Source: an uncultured Caulobacter sp.
Lineage (GTDB): Bacteria; Pseudomonadota; Alphaproteobacteria; Caulobacterales; Caulobacteraceae
Assembly: GCA_964427205.1 (NCBI GenBank)
Contig: CAYRTE010000022.1
Span: 1,461-65,460, forward strand
DNA: 64,000 nucleotides
Reading direction: 5' to 3'
Of the stretch, positions 1 through 11,608 are shown one piece after another. Each line of letters begins with the position of its first letter. Position 1 is the first letter of the stretch. The position numbers and the translations under genes were made by a program. The notes under the pieces are model-generated. The model was given only the letters and a program-made list of their open reading frames with translations, was not told where the DNA came from and did no database searches.

Positions 1-1
1 G

Positions 2-808
2 CGTGCAGGCGCCTTCGATTCCTTCCACAAGAACCGCGCCCAGATTCTAGCTTCCTCAGATGTGCTTATCGCGCACAGCCAGAGCGTTGCGGCCGATCGG
101 CAGGGCGGCCAGCATGCCCTGTTCGGCGGCGATCCGGCCGCAGGCCGTCCTCGCCTGAAAAAGACCGAGTCCTGGAATCAGGTTGACCTGCTTGACGAGG
201 AACTGGCCGCGGTTGGCTTTTATCTGACCGGCCACCCGCTTGAGGACATGGTCGGCATGCTGCGCCGCAAGCGCACCGCCATGCTGACGGAGGTCATTCC
301 CCAGGCCGAAGCCGGCATGGAAGCCTTCCGAATGTGTGGCGTGGTGCGCCGTCGCCAGGAGCGAGCGTCGCAAAGCGGCGAGCGCTTCGCGTTCGTATCG
401 CTGTCTGATCCGACCGGCGAGTACGAGGTGCTCTTCCCCCCCGAAGCGCTGCGTAAGTGCCGTGAGGTGCTGGAGCCTGGCAAATCGGTGGCGATCAAGG
501 TCCGGGCCAAGGCCAGGGACGGCGAGGTCCGCTTCTTCGGCGACGATGCCGAGCCTATCGAGAAAGCTATCGAGAACGTGGTGGCGGGGCTGCGCGTACA
601 CCTGTCGCCATCAGCGACCGAGATCGAGGCCCTTCGGAAGCGCCTTGAGCCAGCGGTGTCGCAGAAGGGCGGCGAGATCAGCTTCATCGCCGCGATCGGC
701 GGCGGGCGCGAGATCGAATTGAAGCTCCCCGGGCGCTACACATTGGACGCGTCACTTCGGGGGGCTTTGAAGACCGCGCCAGGCGTGGCGCTTTTGGAAG
801 ACGTCTGA
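2..808 (+). CDS. dnaE: DNA polymerase III alpha subunit, C-terminal fragment (5' end lies upstream of the window)
   Basis: Frame is open from the window edge ([16 protein letters not shown]...) to TGA at 806-808. Tail sequence ...[15 protein letters not shown]...[24 protein letters not shown]... fits the OB-fold/C-terminal region of DnaE-type replicases. Confidence 0.85.
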   Translation, partial: RAGAFDSFHKNRAQILASSDVLIAHSQSVAADRQGGQHALFGGDPAAGRPRLKKTESWNQVDLLDEELAAVGFYLTGHPLEDMVGMLRRKRTAMLTEVIPQAEAGMEAFRMCGVVRRRQERASQSGERFAFVSLSDPTGEYEVLFPPEALRKCREVLEPGKSVAIKVRAKARDGEVRFFGDDAEPIEKAIENVVAGLRVHLSPSATEIEALRKRLEPAVSQKGGEISFIAAIGGGREIELKLPGRYTLDASLRGALKTAPGVALLEDV

Positions 809-839
809 CGCGTCGCGTCAGTAAAACAGGGAAGGCGCC

Positions 840-1190
840 ATGGCTAGACATCAAGGCGGTTGCCAGTGTGGCAAGGTTCGGTTTGAGGCCGAGGTCGGAC
901 TTGAAGACCTGATTGCCTGTAATTGCTCGCGTTGCGGAAAGTTGGGCTCGGTGCTGGCCTTCGCCGCCGAGGCGGATTTCAATCTGTTACAAGGGCAGGG
1001 CGCCCTTACTGAATACAGCTTCAACACCGGCAAGATCACTCACCTGTTCTGTTCGAACTGCGGAATCGAGCCGTTCGCGCGCGGTGAGGGCCCTGGCGGC
1101 GTTCGCATGGCGGCGATCAATGTGCGCTGCCTGGACGACATCGATGTCTTTGCCCTTGAGCCGACCCAGGTGAACGGCAAGGCGTTCTAG
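840..1190 (+). CDS. GFA/CENP-V family zinc-binding protein
   Basis: 116 aa with the family cysteine pattern CQCG...CNCSRCG...CSNCG. ATG is preceded by purine-rich acagggaagg. Confidence 0.7.
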   Translation: MARHQGGCQCGKVRFEAEVGLEDLIACNCSRCGKLGSVLAFAAEADFNLLQGQGALTEYSFNTGKITHLFCSNCGIEPFARGEGPGGVRMAAINVRCLDDIDVFALEPTQVNGKAF

Positions 1191-1433
1191 GCGGGCTTCG
1201 CGTCCAGCCATGCGACCTGCGAGGACCTGGTCGATGCCTGGGCTGTTTCGAGACCGAACCGTCCGACAAGGCTTGCTTCTTGGTCCGTTCTCGCCTATCT
1301 GCGCGCCATTCCACACGCGGACGTTCGGCTGTGACCCGGGGAGACATCCCGGCGCCGCCGTTCCGGTCCCGCTCCAGATGTCTGGGTCGGGGGTGTCCGC
1401 GGAGGTTCAACCGGAAGAAGGACTATAGGCCTC

Positions 1434-2300
1434 ATGGCGCTTCCCGAATTCTCCATGCGTCAGCTCCTGGAAGCTGGCGCCCACTTTGGTCACCAGACGC
1501 ACCGCTGGAACCCGAAGATGGACCGCTACATCTTTGGCTCGCGTTCGAACATCCACATCATCGACCTGTCGCAGTCGATTCCGCTCCTGCACCAGGCCCT
1601 GGTGAAGGTGCGTGAAGTCGCCGCCGCTGGCGGTCGCGTGCTGTTCGTCGGCACCAAGCGTCAGGCTTCGGATCCCGTCGCCACCGCCGCCAAGCGTTGC
1701 GCCCAATATTATGTGAACCACCGTTGGCTCGGCGGTACGCTGACCAACTGGCGCACCGTCTCGGGCTCGATCGCGCGTCTGCGCGAACTCGAAGGCGTTC
1801 TGGGCGGCGACGGCTCGGGCCGTTCCAAGAAGGAGCTGCTGCAGCTGACCCGCGAACGCGACAAGCTGGAACTGTCGCTGGGCGGCATCAAGGACATGGG
1901 CGGCATCCCCGACATCATGTTCGTGATCGACACCAACAAGGAAGCCATCGCGATCCTTGAAGCCCGCAAGCTGAACATCCCGGTCATCGCGATCCTGGAC
2001 ACCAACTGCGATCCCGACGGCATCACCTATCCGATCCCGGGTAACGACGACGCCGCCCGCGCCCTGCAGCTGTATTGCGACCTGATCGCTGACGCCGTCC
2101 TCGACGGTCTGGCCGCCGGCCAGGCCTCGTCGGGCGTCGATCTGGGCGCTTCGGTTGCTCCGATGGAGCCGACCCTGGCTCGCGAACTGACGCCGGAGCC
2201 GGTGGCTGAGGCCGCTGCTCCGGAAGCGGCTCCCGAGGCCGCCCAAGAAGCGACCGCCGAAGCGATCGAAGCCGTCGCCGAAGAGCCGGCCGCGAGCTGA
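1434..2300 (+). CDS. rpsB: 30S ribosomal protein S2
   Basis: N-terminus [29 protein letters not shown] is canonical uS2. Has an acidic Ala/Glu-rich C-terminal tail. Followed by tsf as in most bacteria. Confidence 0.95.
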   Translation: MALPEFSMRQLLEAGAHFGHQTHRWNPKMDRYIFGSRSNIHIIDLSQSIPLLHQALVKVREVAAAGGRVLFVGTKRQASDPVATAAKRCAQYYVNHRWLGGTLTNWRTVSGSIARLRELEGVLGGDGSGRSKKELLQLTRERDKLELSLGGIKDMGGIPDIMFVIDTNKEAIAILEARKLNIPVIAILDTNCDPDGITYPIPGNDDAARALQLYCDLIADAVLDGLAAGQASSGVDLGASVAPMEPTLARELTPEPVAEAAAPEAAPEAAQEATAEAIEAVAEEPAAS

Positions 2301-2394
2301 TTTCCAGCGGTCGTTTTCGGACGACTGTTGTGACCCTGACATGCGACCGGGCTATCAAGCCCGGTCGCTAACCGTTTGAATATGGAGATTTTCC

Positions 2395-3333
2395 ATGGCT
2401 GAGATCACGGCTGCGCTGGTTAAAGAACTGCGCGAAAAGTCCGGCGTCGGCATGATGGACTGCAAGAAGGCGCTGCAAGAAAACGCGGGCGACATCGATG
2501 CGTCCATCGACTGGCTGCGCGCCAAGGGCCTGTCCAAGGCCGCCAAGAAGGCTGACCGCGTCGCCGCCGAAGGCCTCGTGGGCATCGCCGTTCGCAACGA
2601 CGGCGCTGGCATGACCGCCGCCGCTGTCGAAGTGAACGCCGAGACCGACTTCCTGGGCCGTAATGAACTGTTCCAGAACGCCGTTCGCAAGATCGCGGCC
2701 GTTGGCCTGGACAATGATGGCGTCGACGCCATCAGCGCCGGCAAGACGGCTGACGGTGAAGTTGTTGCCGACCTGCTGACCAACCTGATCGCAACCATCG
2801 GCGAGAACATGGTTGCCCGTCGCTCGGCTCGCTTCAGCGTCGCCCAAGGCGCCGTTTCGACCTACATCCACAACGCCACCGCGCCCGACCTCGGCCGTAT
2901 CGGTGTGCTCGTGGCCATCGAAGGCGCAGGCGACCAGGCCAAGATCCTAGAACTGGGCCGCAAGATCGCCATGCACGTCGCCGCGACCTCGCCGCTCTCG
3001 CTGTCGCCGGACGATCTGGACCAGGCCGCCATCGAGAAGGAGCGCGCCATCTTCACCGAGCAGGCGCTGGAGTCGGGCAAGCCCGCCGCCGTTGTCGAGA
3101 AGATGGTCGAAGGCCGCATTCGCAAGTTCCTGGAAGAAGTCGTGCTGCTGAAGCAGGCCTTCGTGATGAACCCCGATCAGACCGTCGAGCAGTTGGTCGC
3201 CGAGACCGGCAAGGAACTGGGCTCGCCGCTTACCGTGAAGGGCTTCGTTCGCCTGGCGCTGGGTGAAGGCGTCGAAAAGGCCCCGACAGGTGACTTCGCC
3301 GCCGAAGTCGCCGCCATGGCCGGTCAGGCCTAG
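2395..3333 (+). CDS. tsf: Translation elongation factor Ts
   Basis: UBA-like N-terminus [24 protein letters not shown], 312 aa. Conserved rpsB-tsf-pyrH-frr order. Confidence 0.95.
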   Translation: MAEITAALVKELREKSGVGMMDCKKALQENAGDIDASIDWLRAKGLSKAAKKADRVAAEGLVGIAVRNDGAGMTAAAVEVNAETDFLGRNELFQNAVRKIAAVGLDNDGVDAISAGKTADGEVVADLLTNLIATIGENMVARRSARFSVAQGAVSTYIHNATAPDLGRIGVLVAIEGAGDQAKILELGRKIAMHVAATSPLSLSPDDLDQAAIEKERAIFTEQALESGKPAAVVEKMVEGRIRKFLEEVVLLKQAFVMNPDQTVEQLVAETGKELGSPLTVKGFVRLALGEGVEKAPTGDFAAEVAAMAGQA

Positions 3334-3341
3334 GACGAAAT

Positions 3342-3428
3342 GAAGCTCGACGCGCCGCTTGGCGGCGTGTCGAGCTTCTTGTCATGCTAGGGCGCGGCGC
3401 GTTTGACGCGCGCCGCGCCCTTCTTGCG
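3342..3428 (+). terminator. Two tandem GC-rich hairpins downstream of tsf (putative intrinsic terminator)
   Basis: Hairpin 1 (3342-3378): gaagctcgacgcgccgc/gcggcgtgtcgagcttc, one G-U pair. Hairpin 2: gggcgcggcgcg (3390-3401) pairs with cgcgccgcgccc (3409-3420), followed by ttctt. Confidence 0.6.
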
Positions 3429-3548
3429 CCTGCCTCCGGGCATTTTGGCCTTCCGAGGCCGTCTGCGGCCAGGCGCACGCAAAACCGATCCCACTTTTGA
3501 CGAACGCGCACTATGTTGCGTGCCGACGACTCAGGAAAAGCCCGGTCC

Positions 3549-4295
3549 ATGTCCGAACCCAGCACCATCACGCAGAAGCCTTTCCGTCGCGTGCTCCTGA
3601 AGGTTTCGGGCGAAGTGCTTATGGGCGATACGCCCTATGGGATCGACACCAACACCGTTCAGTCCGTGGCCGAGGACATCGCCCAGATCGTCAAGTCCGG
3701 CGTCGAGCTTTGCATTGTGATCGGCGGCGGCAACATCTTCCGCGGCATGGCTGGCGCCGCCAAGGGCATGGAGCGCTCCAGCGCCGACTATATGGGCATG
3801 CTGGCCACGGTCATGAACGCCTTGGCCATGCAGGACGCGCTTGAGCGCGTCGGCGTCTCTACCCGTGTGCAGTCGGCCATCCCCATGGCCACGGTGTGCG
3901 AGCCCTACATTCGCCGTCGCGCCCAACGCCACCTTGAAAAGGGCAGGGTGGTGATCTTCGCCGCCGGCACTGGCAACCCGTTCTTCACCACCGACACCGC
4001 CGCCGCCCTGCGCGCCGCCGAAATGCAGTGCGACGCCCTGTTCAAGGGCACCAGCGTTGATGGCGTCTACACCGCCGACCCCAAAAAGGACGCCTCTGCC
4101 CAGCGCTATGACCGGCTGACCTATATGGATGTGCTGGCCAAGGACCTCAGGGTCATGGACGCCTCGGCCGTCGCCTTGATGCGCGACAGCAATATCCCGA
4201 TTGTGGTCTTCTCCATCAAGGGGCGCGGCAATCTGCTGAACGTCCTGCGAGGCGAGGGCACCTTTACCGTCGTCGCCCAAGACGCCGCCGCCTAA
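3549..4295 (+). CDS. pyrH: UMP kinase
   Basis: RVLLKVSGE and GGGNIFRG motifs of the amino acid kinase/UMPK family. The ORF opens at 3513; the ATG at 3549 ([12 protein letters not shown]...) is the more plausible start. Confidence 0.9.
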   Translation: MSEPSTITQKPFRRVLLKVSGEVLMGDTPYGIDTNTVQSVAEDIAQIVKSGVELCIVIGGGNIFRGMAGAAKGMERSSADYMGMLATVMNALAMQDALERVGVSTRVQSAIPMATVCEPYIRRRAQRHLEKGRVVIFAAGTGNPFFTTDTAAALRAAEMQCDALFKGTSVDGVYTADPKKDASAQRYDRLTYMDVLAKDLRVMDASAVALMRDSNIPIVVFSIKGRGNLLNVLRGEGTFTVVAQDAAA

Positions 4296-4318
4296 CTCAA
4301 GCGAAGAGAGCCCAAGCC

Positions 4319-4885
4319 ATGGCCGCCGCCGAAAAGCCCGTCCTGTCCCGCTACAAGGAGCGCATGGAGAAGTCCGTGCAGGCTCTGAAGGAAGATTTCG
4401 CCGGTCTGCGCACCGGTCGCGCTTCGTCCGGCCTGCTCGACCAGATCATGGTCAATGCCTATGGCTCGATGGTGCAGCTCAACACCGTGGCTTCGATCAG
4501 CGTTCCGGAGCCGCGCCAGATCAATGTCAATATTTGGGACAAGGGCGTTGTCTCGGCTGTGGAAAAGGCGATTCGAAATTCGGATCTCGGCCTGAACCCG
4601 GTCGTCGAAGGCAACAACCTGCGTATCCCGATCCCGCCGCTGACCGAAGAGCGCCGCAAGGACCTCTCCAAGATCGCTGGCAAGTACGCCGAGGCCCAGA
4701 AGGTCGCGGTACGGAACATCCGTCGCGACGCCAACGACGACCTCAAGAAGGCCGAGAAGGCGAGTGTCATCAGCGAGGATGAGCTGAAAAAGATGGAAAC
4801 CGAGGTTCAGAAGATGACCGACGAGTCCATCAAGAAGGTCGACGAGGCCTTGAAAATCAAAGAGCAAGAGATCATGCAGGTTTAA
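4319..4885 (+). CDS. frr: Ribosome recycling factor
   Basis: 188 aa with typical RRF sequence (...LRIPIPPLTEERRKDLSKIAGKYAEAQKVAVRNIRRDAND...). Follows pyrH. Confidence 0.95.
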   Translation: MAAAEKPVLSRYKERMEKSVQALKEDFAGLRTGRASSGLLDQIMVNAYGSMVQLNTVASISVPEPRQINVNIWDKGVVSAVEKAIRNSDLGLNPVVEGNNLRIPIPPLTEERRKDLSKIAGKYAEAQKVAVRNIRRDANDDLKKAEKASVISEDELKKMETEVQKMTDESIKKVDEALKIKEQEIMQV

Positions 4886-4930
4886 GGGCCGGCCTGAGTA
4901 ACGGGGACGGTTAGGGAAGGCTTGAAGCGA

Positions 4931-5710
4931 ATGTCGGCGACGACCGGCCTGCAGGATGTTTCGGCGCGCGCTGGGGGCGATGCGTCGAACCGCTCCCTGC
5001 ATGTGGCCATCATCATGGACGGGAACGGTCGCTGGGCTAAGCGGCGCGGAATGCCGCGCGCGCTTGGTCACCGCGCTGGCGTCAACGCGCTCAAGCGCAC
5101 GGTCGAGGCCGCGTCGGATCTCGGCGTTGGCGTATTGACCGTTTTTGGCTTCTCGACCGAGAACTGGAGCCGTCCGGCGCACGAGGTTTCCGAGTTGATG
5201 GGTCTGCTAAAGGCCTATGTGGAATCGGATCTGGAGCGCCTGGCCCGTGAAGGCGTTCGGGTGCGGATCATTGGCCGCCGCACAGGGCTGGCTGCCGACA
5301 TTCAAGAGATCATCGAGCGCGCCGAGCGCCGCACGGCCAGCAACACCAAGTTCATATTGCAGGTGGCCTTCAACTACGGCGGTCGCGCCGATATCGCCGA
5401 CGCCGCCCGCGCCTTCGCTGAGGCGGTCGAGCGCGGCGAGGCGAAGGCCTCTGACCTCGACGAAGCCGCCTTCGAGGGCCTGCTGTCGACATCCGCCGCG
5501 CCGGCGCCCGATCTGATCGTGCGCACCAGCGGAGAGCAGCGGATCTCAAATTTCCTGCTGTGGGAATGCGCCTATGCCGAGCTCGTCTTTCAGGACGTGC
5601 TTTGGCCTGACTACGGACCTGAAGCGCTCTCGGCGGCCATCGCGGAATATCGCGGGCGCGACCGACGCTATGGAGGCATTGCCGCCGATGACGTCGCCGT
5701 CGCCGGCTAA
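4931..5710 (+). CDS. uppS: Undecaprenyl (di-trans,poly-cis-decaprenylcistransferase) pyrophosphate synthase
   Basis: HVAIIMDGNGRWA and RTSGEQRISNFLLW motifs. The ORF opens at TTG 4922; ATG at 4931 is preferred. Confidence 0.9.
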   Translation: MSATTGLQDVSARAGGDASNRSLHVAIIMDGNGRWAKRRGMPRALGHRAGVNALKRTVEAASDLGVGVLTVFGFSTENWSRPAHEVSELMGLLKAYVESDLERLAREGVRVRIIGRRTGLAADIQEIIERAERRTASNTKFILQVAFNYGGRADIADAARAFAEAVERGEAKASDLDEAAFEGLLSTSAAPAPDLIVRTSGEQRISNFLLWECAYAELVFQDVLWPDYGPEALSAAIAEYRGRDRRYGGIAADDVAVAG

Positions 5711-6536
5711 GCGCTTCAACTGGAAGAATCTTCGGGTGCGGGTGCTTTCAGCCACCGTGCTCGTGCCCACGGTCGTGTCCGCCGTCTGGTTTGGCGGTGT
5801 TTGGTTCCTGGCTCTCGTCTCGGTCTGTGTCGCGCTGCTCGCCCGCGAGTGGGGCATGATGAGCGCGCCACGAGCGCCCAAGGGCGTAGCTCTTGCGATA
5901 GGCGTCGCCGTTCTGGTGGCGGTCGTGGCCGCTTTCCGCGGACACTATTATCTGACGTGGCCGCTGCTGGTCGTCGGCGCGATCCTAGCCGCCATGATCG
6001 CTCGCGGCGCGGTCGAGCGAAGGGCAGACGCCGCCTATGGCGTTATCTACATCGCTCCGGCGTGTATCGCTCTGGTGTGGTTGCGCATCGTTGACGCTGG
6101 CCTCAGCTGGACGCTTCTGCTGTTTGCGGTGACATGGTTCGCCGACATCTTCGCCTTTGTGGCGGGCAGCATCCTGAAAGGGCCCAAGCTCTGGCCAAAG
6201 TTCTCGCCCAACAAGACCTGGTCCGGGTTCTTTGGCGGCCTCGTGGCCGCTTCGATCGCCGCCGTGGGCATCGCCGCGCTCTCTGAAGTGCTGCCGGCCC
6301 TGCCGGACATGAACCTGAGCTCGCCTGTCGCCGCGCTGATCGGCTTCCTGGGCGGTCTGTCGACGATGATGGGCGATCTGTGGGAGTCGATGCTGAAGCG
6401 CCGATTCGGCGTCAAGGATTCGGGCGACCTGATCCCGGGCCACGGCGGCCTGCTGGATCGCGTCGATGGCCTGATGTTCGCGGCCATCGTGATCGCCGGG
6501 GTCCGCCTGATCTACCTCTACGGATGGGCCCGTTGA
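5688..6536 (+). CDS. cdsA: Phosphatidate cytidylyltransferase
   Basis: Polytopic membrane protein with the CTP-transferase signature [27 protein letters not shown]. Start is ambiguous (ATG 5670 or 5688) and overlaps the uppS 3' end. Confidence 0.85.
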   Translation: MTSPSPAKRFNWKNLRVRVLSATVLVPTVVSAVWFGGVWFLALVSVCVALLAREWGMMSAPRAPKGVALAIGVAVLVAVVAAFRGHYYLTWPLLVVGAILAAMIARGAVERRADAAYGVIYIAPACIALVWLRIVDAGLSWTLLLFAVTWFADIFAFVAGSILKGPKLWPKFSPNKTWSGFFGGLVAASIAAVGIAALSEVLPALPDMNLSSPVAALIGFLGGLSTMMGDLWESMLKRRFGVKDSGDLIPGHGGLLDRVDGLMFAAIVIAGVRLIYLYGWAR

Positions 6537-7723
6537 CGGTCGTTCGCAAGGTTGTGATTCTGGGCTCTACGGGTTCGATCGGTGTCTCGACCCTTGGGCT
6601 GTTCGAGGCGGCTGGCGTCGAGGTCGATATCCTGGCGCTGACTGCGGGGCGCAATGTCGAGCGATTGATTGAGCAGGCCCGGCGTTGGCGCCCAGCCATC
6701 GCGGTGATCGAAGACGAAAGCCTGCTCGGTGCGCTGCGTGAAGGCCTGAAGGACACTGGTGTTCGGTCAGCGGCGGGGGCCGCGGCGATCATCGAGGCCG
6801 CAGCGATGGGCGCCGATTGGGTCATGTCGGCGATCGTCGGAGCGGCCGGCCTTGCGCCGACCCTGGCGGCGGCGCGAACAGGCGCCGTGATCGCCCTCGC
6901 CAACAAGGAGAGTCTGGTCTGCGCGGGTCCGGCCTTGTTGAGGATCGCGCGCGAGGCGGGCGGATCTGTGATTCCGGTTGATTCCGAACACTCGGCGATT
7001 TTCCAGGTGCTGCAGCCGGCCTGTATCCAACGTGTATCGCGACTGATCCTGACGGCTTCTGGCGGGCCATTCCGCACCTGGACCCGCGAACAGATGGCGG
7101 TCGCCACGCCTGAACAAGCCGTTGCTCATCCAAATTGGTCGATGGGCGCCAAGATTTCGGTCGATTCCGCGTCCATGATGAACAAGGGCCTTGAGATGAT
7201 CGAGGCCTCCTATCTATTCGACACTCCGGAAGAGCGCATCGAAGCCGTGATCCACCCGCAATCGGTTATTCACAGCCTGGTGGAGTACGCAGACGGCTCG
7301 ACCCTGGCCCAATTGGGCCCGCCCGACATGCGCAGCCCGATCGCGTGCGCCTTTGCGTGGCCCGATCGCCTGCCTTGGCCCGCGCCACGCCTGGATCTGG
7401 CCGCCTATGGCCAGCTGACCTTTGAGCAACCTGATCTGGAACGTTTTCCGTCCATTGGCATCGCCCGAGAGGCGATGCGGCTAGGCGGCGGCGCTCCGGC
7501 TGCTATGAACGCAGCCAATGAAGTCGCCGTGGCGGCGTTCCTTGACCGTCAGATCGGCTTTCTCGATATTGCCGCCTCGGTGGCGGGGACCCTGGAACGC
7601 ATGAACAGTCTAGGGGCCTTGATGGAAGCCGACGCCGATCCTGTCGAGAGCGCCATGACGACGGACGCGAGCGCCCGCCGCATTGCGGCCGAGGTTGTAC
7701 GCCAAGTTCACCGCCACAACTGA
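6524..7723 (+). CDS. dxr: 1-deoxy-D-xylulose 5-phosphate reductoisomerase
   Basis: [16 protein letters not shown]-binding N-terminus, ...LANKESLV..., ...HPNWSMG.... ATG 6524 overlaps the cdsA stop (6534-6536). The long upstream extension from 6380 is rejected. Confidence 0.9.
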   Translation: MGPLTVVRKVVILGSTGSIGVSTLGLFEAAGVEVDILALTAGRNVERLIEQARRWRPAIAVIEDESLLGALREGLKDTGVRSAAGAAAIIEAAAMGADWVMSAIVGAAGLAPTLAAARTGAVIALANKESLVCAGPALLRIAREAGGSVIPVDSEHSAIFQVLQPACIQRVSRLILTASGGPFRTWTREQMAVATPEQAVAHPNWSMGAKISVDSASMMNKGLEMIEASYLFDTPEERIEAVIHPQSVIHSLVEYADGSTLAQLGPPDMRSPIACAFAWPDRLPWPAPRLDLAAYGQLTFEQPDLERFPSIGIAREAMRLGGGAPAAMNAANEVAVAAFLDRQIGFLDIAASVAGTLERMNSLGALMEADADPVESAMTTDASARRIAAEVVRQVHRHN

Positions 7724-7742
7724 AGACGAGAACAAATCCGAC

Positions 7743-9227
7743 ATGCTCGGCTTCATGCAATCAGCGGCCGCCTACATCATCGCCTTCCCGCTGGTGATCC
7801 TGGTGGTCGTGACCGTTCACGAGCTTGGACACTTCTGGGCGGCCAAGGCCTGCAACGTGGAGATCGAGCGATTCTCGATCGGCTTTGGCCGCGCCATCTT
7901 CTCATGGCGGGATCGGGCCGGCGTCGAATGGCAGATCGGCTGGCTGCCCCTGGGCGGCTATGTGCGGTTCGCCGGGGATGAGAACGCCGCGAGCGTTCCC
8001 GATCAGCAAGATCTGGCCAGTCTGCGCACCGCGATCGAGCGTCGCGAAGGCAGCGAGGCGGTCAATCGCTATCTGCATTTCAAGCCGCTGTGGCAGAGGG
8101 CGTTCATCGTCGCGGCGGGGCCCTTGGCCAATTTCGTCCTGGCGATCACTCTGTTTGCGGTGTTGCTCGGCGTATTCGGCGAAACGGTTCGCCGACCCGT
8201 CATCACGGGCGTGAACGCCGGCAGCCCCGCGGCGACGGCCGGTTTCCGGCAGGGAGACGTGATCATCTCTGCCGACGGCCGGAAGGTGAAGAATTTCGGC
8301 GAACTGGACAACTATGCGCTGCTTCGCAGCGATGTTCCGATCCGCTTCCAGATTGAACGGGGCGGTAGGACCCTTGAGCTGGTGGCCACTCCGGCGCTCG
8401 TCGATATTTCCGATGGCTTCGGCGGCAGCCAGAAGGCCGGCTTGCTCGGCTTTGGCGCTCCGCCGCTGATCGCCAGCGTCGAGCCTGGGTCTCCCGCTGA
8501 CAAGGCCGGTCTCCAACGCGGGGATGTCATCCAGCGCGCCGATGGTGCGGCGATTGGCAGTTTCGAAGACCTGACCCATTACGTAGCCAAGCGCGGCGGC
8601 AATCCTATTGCCTTCGAGGTCTACCGGGGTGGTGAGACCGTCAGTATCGTCGCTACGCCCACGCTGTTGACCCGTCCGGACGCCGACGGCAAGCCAAAGA
8701 CCCGAATGCTCCTCGGTGTGGCCGGTGGCCTGCCCAGCAGCAACATTCAGCGCGTACGCTACAACCCTATCGAGGCGATCGCCGGCGGCGTCGCCCGCAC
8801 TTGGGATGTGCTCGAAACCACGGTCTACTATCTGGGCCGGGTTATCCGGCTGGAGGTTTCGGCCGAACAGATCAGCGGCCCCATCGGGATCGCCAAGACC
8901 TCGGGTCAGCTGGCGCAGGCCGGCGCGGCGGGCGCAACGGACTTGCCTTCGATGCTGTTGGGTTCCGCCGTCGCCTTGATCTGGCTTTCAGCGATCCTCT
9001 CTGTCAGCGTCGGCTTCATGAACCTGCTGCCGATCCCGGTTCTGGATGGCGGGCATCTGCTATTCTACGCCTATGAAGCTATCGCCCGGCGACCGCTGGG
9101 TGCTCGCCTTCAAGCGGCTGGCTACAGGGTTGGTCTTGCGCTGCTGCTGAGTTTCATGTTGTTCGCGACTTGGAATGATCTGCAGCGCCTGAGCGTCTTC
9201 AAATTTTTCGGCGGACTGTTCTCTTGA
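7743..9227 (+). CDS. rseP: RIP (site-2) zinc metalloprotease RseP/MmpA family
   Basis: HELGHF zinc motif in TM1; two PDZ-like segments (GSPAATAGFRQGDVI, GSPADKAGLQRGDVI); C-terminal NLLPIPVLDGGH motif. ATG at 7743. Confidence 0.9.
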   Translation: MLGFMQSAAAYIIAFPLVILVVVTVHELGHFWAAKACNVEIERFSIGFGRAIFSWRDRAGVEWQIGWLPLGGYVRFAGDENAASVPDQQDLASLRTAIERREGSEAVNRYLHFKPLWQRAFIVAAGPLANFVLAITLFAVLLGVFGETVRRPVITGVNAGSPAATAGFRQGDVIISADGRKVKNFGELDNYALLRSDVPIRFQIERGGRTLELVATPALVDISDGFGGSQKAGLLGFGAPPLIASVEPGSPADKAGLQRGDVIQRADGAAIGSFEDLTHYVAKRGGNPIAFEVYRGGETVSIVATPTLLTRPDADGKPKTRMLLGVAGGLPSSNIQRVRYNPIEAIAGGVARTWDVLETTVYYLGRVIRLEVSAEQISGPIGIAKTSGQLAQAGAAGATDLPSMLLGSAVALIWLSAILSVSVGFMNLLPIPVLDGGHLLFYAYEAIARRPLGARLQAAGYRVGLALLLSFMLFATWNDLQRLSVFKFFGGLFS

Positions 9228-9244
9228 GCGGTCGCCTTCCGTCC

Positions 9245-11608
9245 ATGATTGGTCCCATGAACAAAATTCGCGCCCATAGCGCCGCGTTCGCCACCGGTGT
9301 GGCGCTTCTCTTCGGTTCGACCGCGATGGTCGCGCCCGCCGCAGCTTTCGCCCAGGCGGCGCAGACCAGTGTCGTGCAGCGGATCGTCGTGCAGGGCAAC
9401 GAACGGATCGAGCAGGGCACGGTGATGTCCTACCTGCCGATCCAGCCGGGCGACACCGTCGACGCAGCCCGCCTCGACCTGGCGCTGAAGACGCTGGCGC
9501 GCACCGATCTCTTCGCCGACGTAAAGATCGACATGGTGTCGGGCGATCTTATCGTGAAGGTCGTCGAGAACCCGATCATCAATCAGGTGGTCTTCGAGGG
9601 AAACTCCTCCCTGAAGGAAGACAAGCTGAAGGACGAGGTCCAGATCCGTCCGCGCGGCATCTTCACGCGCGCCAAGGTCCAAGCCGACGTTCAGCGCATC
9701 ATCGAGCTCTACCGTCGTTCAGGACGCATTTCGGCGACCGTGACGCCCAAGGTCGTGGAACTGCCGCAAAAGCGCGTCGATCTGGTGTTCGAGATCAACG
9801 AGGGCCCCAAGAGCGGCGTGCTGGGCATCAACTTCCTGGGTAATTCCGAGTATTCGGACAACGATCTGCGCGACGTGATCGTGACCAAGGAGTCGCACTG
9901 GTACAAGTTCCTGACCAGCAACGACAACTATGACCCCGACCGGATCGAGTATGACCGGGAGCAACTGCGCAAGCACTATCGCAACCGGGGTTATTTCGAC
10001 TTCCGCGTCGTTTCATCGATGGCCGAACTCGCGCCGGACAAGAACGGCTTCGCGGTCACCTACACCCTGGATGAAGGCCCGAAGTACAAGTTCGGCAAGA
10101 TCACGGTCGAGACCGAACTCAAGAAGCTTGATGGGACGCTGCTGGCCCAGATCCTGCCGGTCCGTACGGGTCAGCTCTATGAAGACGAGCGCATCGAGCA
10201 GGCCACCGACGCCCTGACCTTCGCGGCGGGCGCCGCCGGCTTCGCCTTCGTGGACGTTCGCCCCCGCTACGTGCCCAACCGCGAAACCAACACCGTCGAC
10301 GTTGTCTTCCAGGTTCGCGAAGGGCCACGCGTTTACGTCGATCGTATCGACATCGTCGGCAACACCCGCACCCTCGACTACGTGCTGCGTCGCGAACTCG
10401 AAGTGGCCGAGGGCGACGCCTATAACCGCGTGCTGGTCGACCGCTCCAAGAACAACATCCGTCGCCTGGGCTTCTTCAAGGAAGTCGAGATCGAGGAAGT
10501 GCCCGGTAGCGCGCCCGATCGCACGGCTCTGCGGGTCAAGGTCGAGGAGCAGCCGACCGGCGAACTCTCGTTCAGCGCCGGCTACAGCTCGGTCGACAAG
10601 CTGGTGCTGGACGTTGGCATCACCGAGCGGAACTTCCGCGGCCGCGGCCAGAATATGCGCGGACGGATTTCCGTCGGCTCACTGCGTCAGCAGATCGATT
10701 TCGCCTTTACCGAGCCGCGCTTCCTGAACCGTAACCTGGTGGCTGGCGTGGATGTCTATTCGTTCCGCTACGATCTGAGCGACTACGCCGCCTATGACAC
10801 CCGTTCGGTGGGAGGCAACGTCCGGGTCGGCTTCCCGCTGACCCAGAATGCCTCGATGAGCATGCGCTACACGCTGCGTCGCGACGAGGTGAGCGTCTCC
10901 GATGGCCTGTGCGACAGCGGCTCGGTTTCCCAGATCCTCTGCCTCCAGCGCGGCGCCTACATGACGTCACTGGTCGGCTATGGCCTGCGGATCGACAAGC
11001 GAAACGATCCGATCCAGCCCACGCGTGGCTGGTTCGCCGACCTGAACCAGGACCTGGCGGGCTTCGGCGGCGACGTGAAGTACCTGAAGACCGAGACCGA
11101 CGCGGGTTGGTACTGGGGCTTCAACAAGGACTTCATCTTCAGCGCCACGGGTTCGGCGGGCTACATCGAAGGCTGGGGCGGCGACAACGTCCGCATCAAT
11201 GACCGCTTCTACAAGGGCGGCACCAACTTCCGCGGCTTCGAAACGGCGGGTATCGGCCCGCGCGACATCTCGACCCAAAGCAACTCGATGGGCGCTAAGC
11301 TTTACGCGATCGGCACCTTCGAGCTGACCGTTCCGACGCTTCTGCCCGAGCAGTACGGCATCAAGGCTGCGGTGTTCAGCGACTTCGGTACGGCCGGCTT
11401 GCTTGATGACGTGGATCGCCAGTCCTCGACGGGCGTGTTCGACCCGAATATCCGCGACAACCTGGGCCTTCGCGCCTCGGCGGGCATCAGTATCGACTGG
11501 AAGTCGCCCATGGGCCCCATCCGGTTCGACTTCAGCAAGATCCTCTCCAAGGAAGATTACGACCGGACCGAAACGTTCCGGTTCTCCACCTCCACAAGGT
11601 TCCAATGA
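9245..11608 (+). CDS. bamA: Outer membrane protein assembly factor BamA
   Basis: Signal peptide ...APAAAFAQA; POTRA repeats starting VVQRIVVQGNERIEQGTV; large C-terminal beta-barrel. Start is ambiguous (TTG 9224, ATG 9245 or 9257). Confidence 0.9.
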   Translation: MIGPMNKIRAHSAAFATGVALLFGSTAMVAPAAAFAQAAQTSVVQRIVVQGNERIEQGTVMSYLPIQPGDTVDAARLDLALKTLARTDLFADVKIDMVSGDLIVKVVENPIINQVVFEGNSSLKEDKLKDEVQIRPRGIFTRAKVQADVQRIIELYRRSGRISATVTPKVVELPQKRVDLVFEINEGPKSGVLGINFLGNSEYSDNDLRDVIVTKESHWYKFLTSNDNYDPDRIEYDREQLRKHYRNRGYFDFRVVSSMAELAPDKNGFAVTYTLDEGPKYKFGKITVETELKKLDGTLLAQILPVRTGQLYEDERIEQATDALTFAAGAAGFAFVDVRPRYVPNRETNTVDVVFQVREGPRVYVDRIDIVGNTRTLDYVLRRELEVAEGDAYNRVLVDRSKNNIRRLGFFKEVEIEEVPGSAPDRTALRVKVEEQPTGELSFSAGYSSVDKLVLDVGITERNFRGRGQNMRGRISVGSLRQQIDFAFTEPRFLNRNLVAGVDVYSFRYDLSDYAAYDTRSVGGNVRVGFPLTQNASMSMRYTLRRDEVSVSDGLCDSGSVSQILCLQRGAYMTSLVGYGLRIDKRNDPIQPTRGWFADLNQDLAGFGGDVKYLKTETDAGWYWGFNKDFIFSATGSAGYIEGWGGDNVRINDRFYKGGTNFRGFETAGIGPRDISTQSNSMGAKLYAIGTFELTVPTLLPEQYGIKAAVFSDFGTAGLLDDVDRQSSTGVFDPNIRDNLGLRASAGISIDWKSPMGPIRFDFSKILSKEDYDRTETFRFSTSTRFQ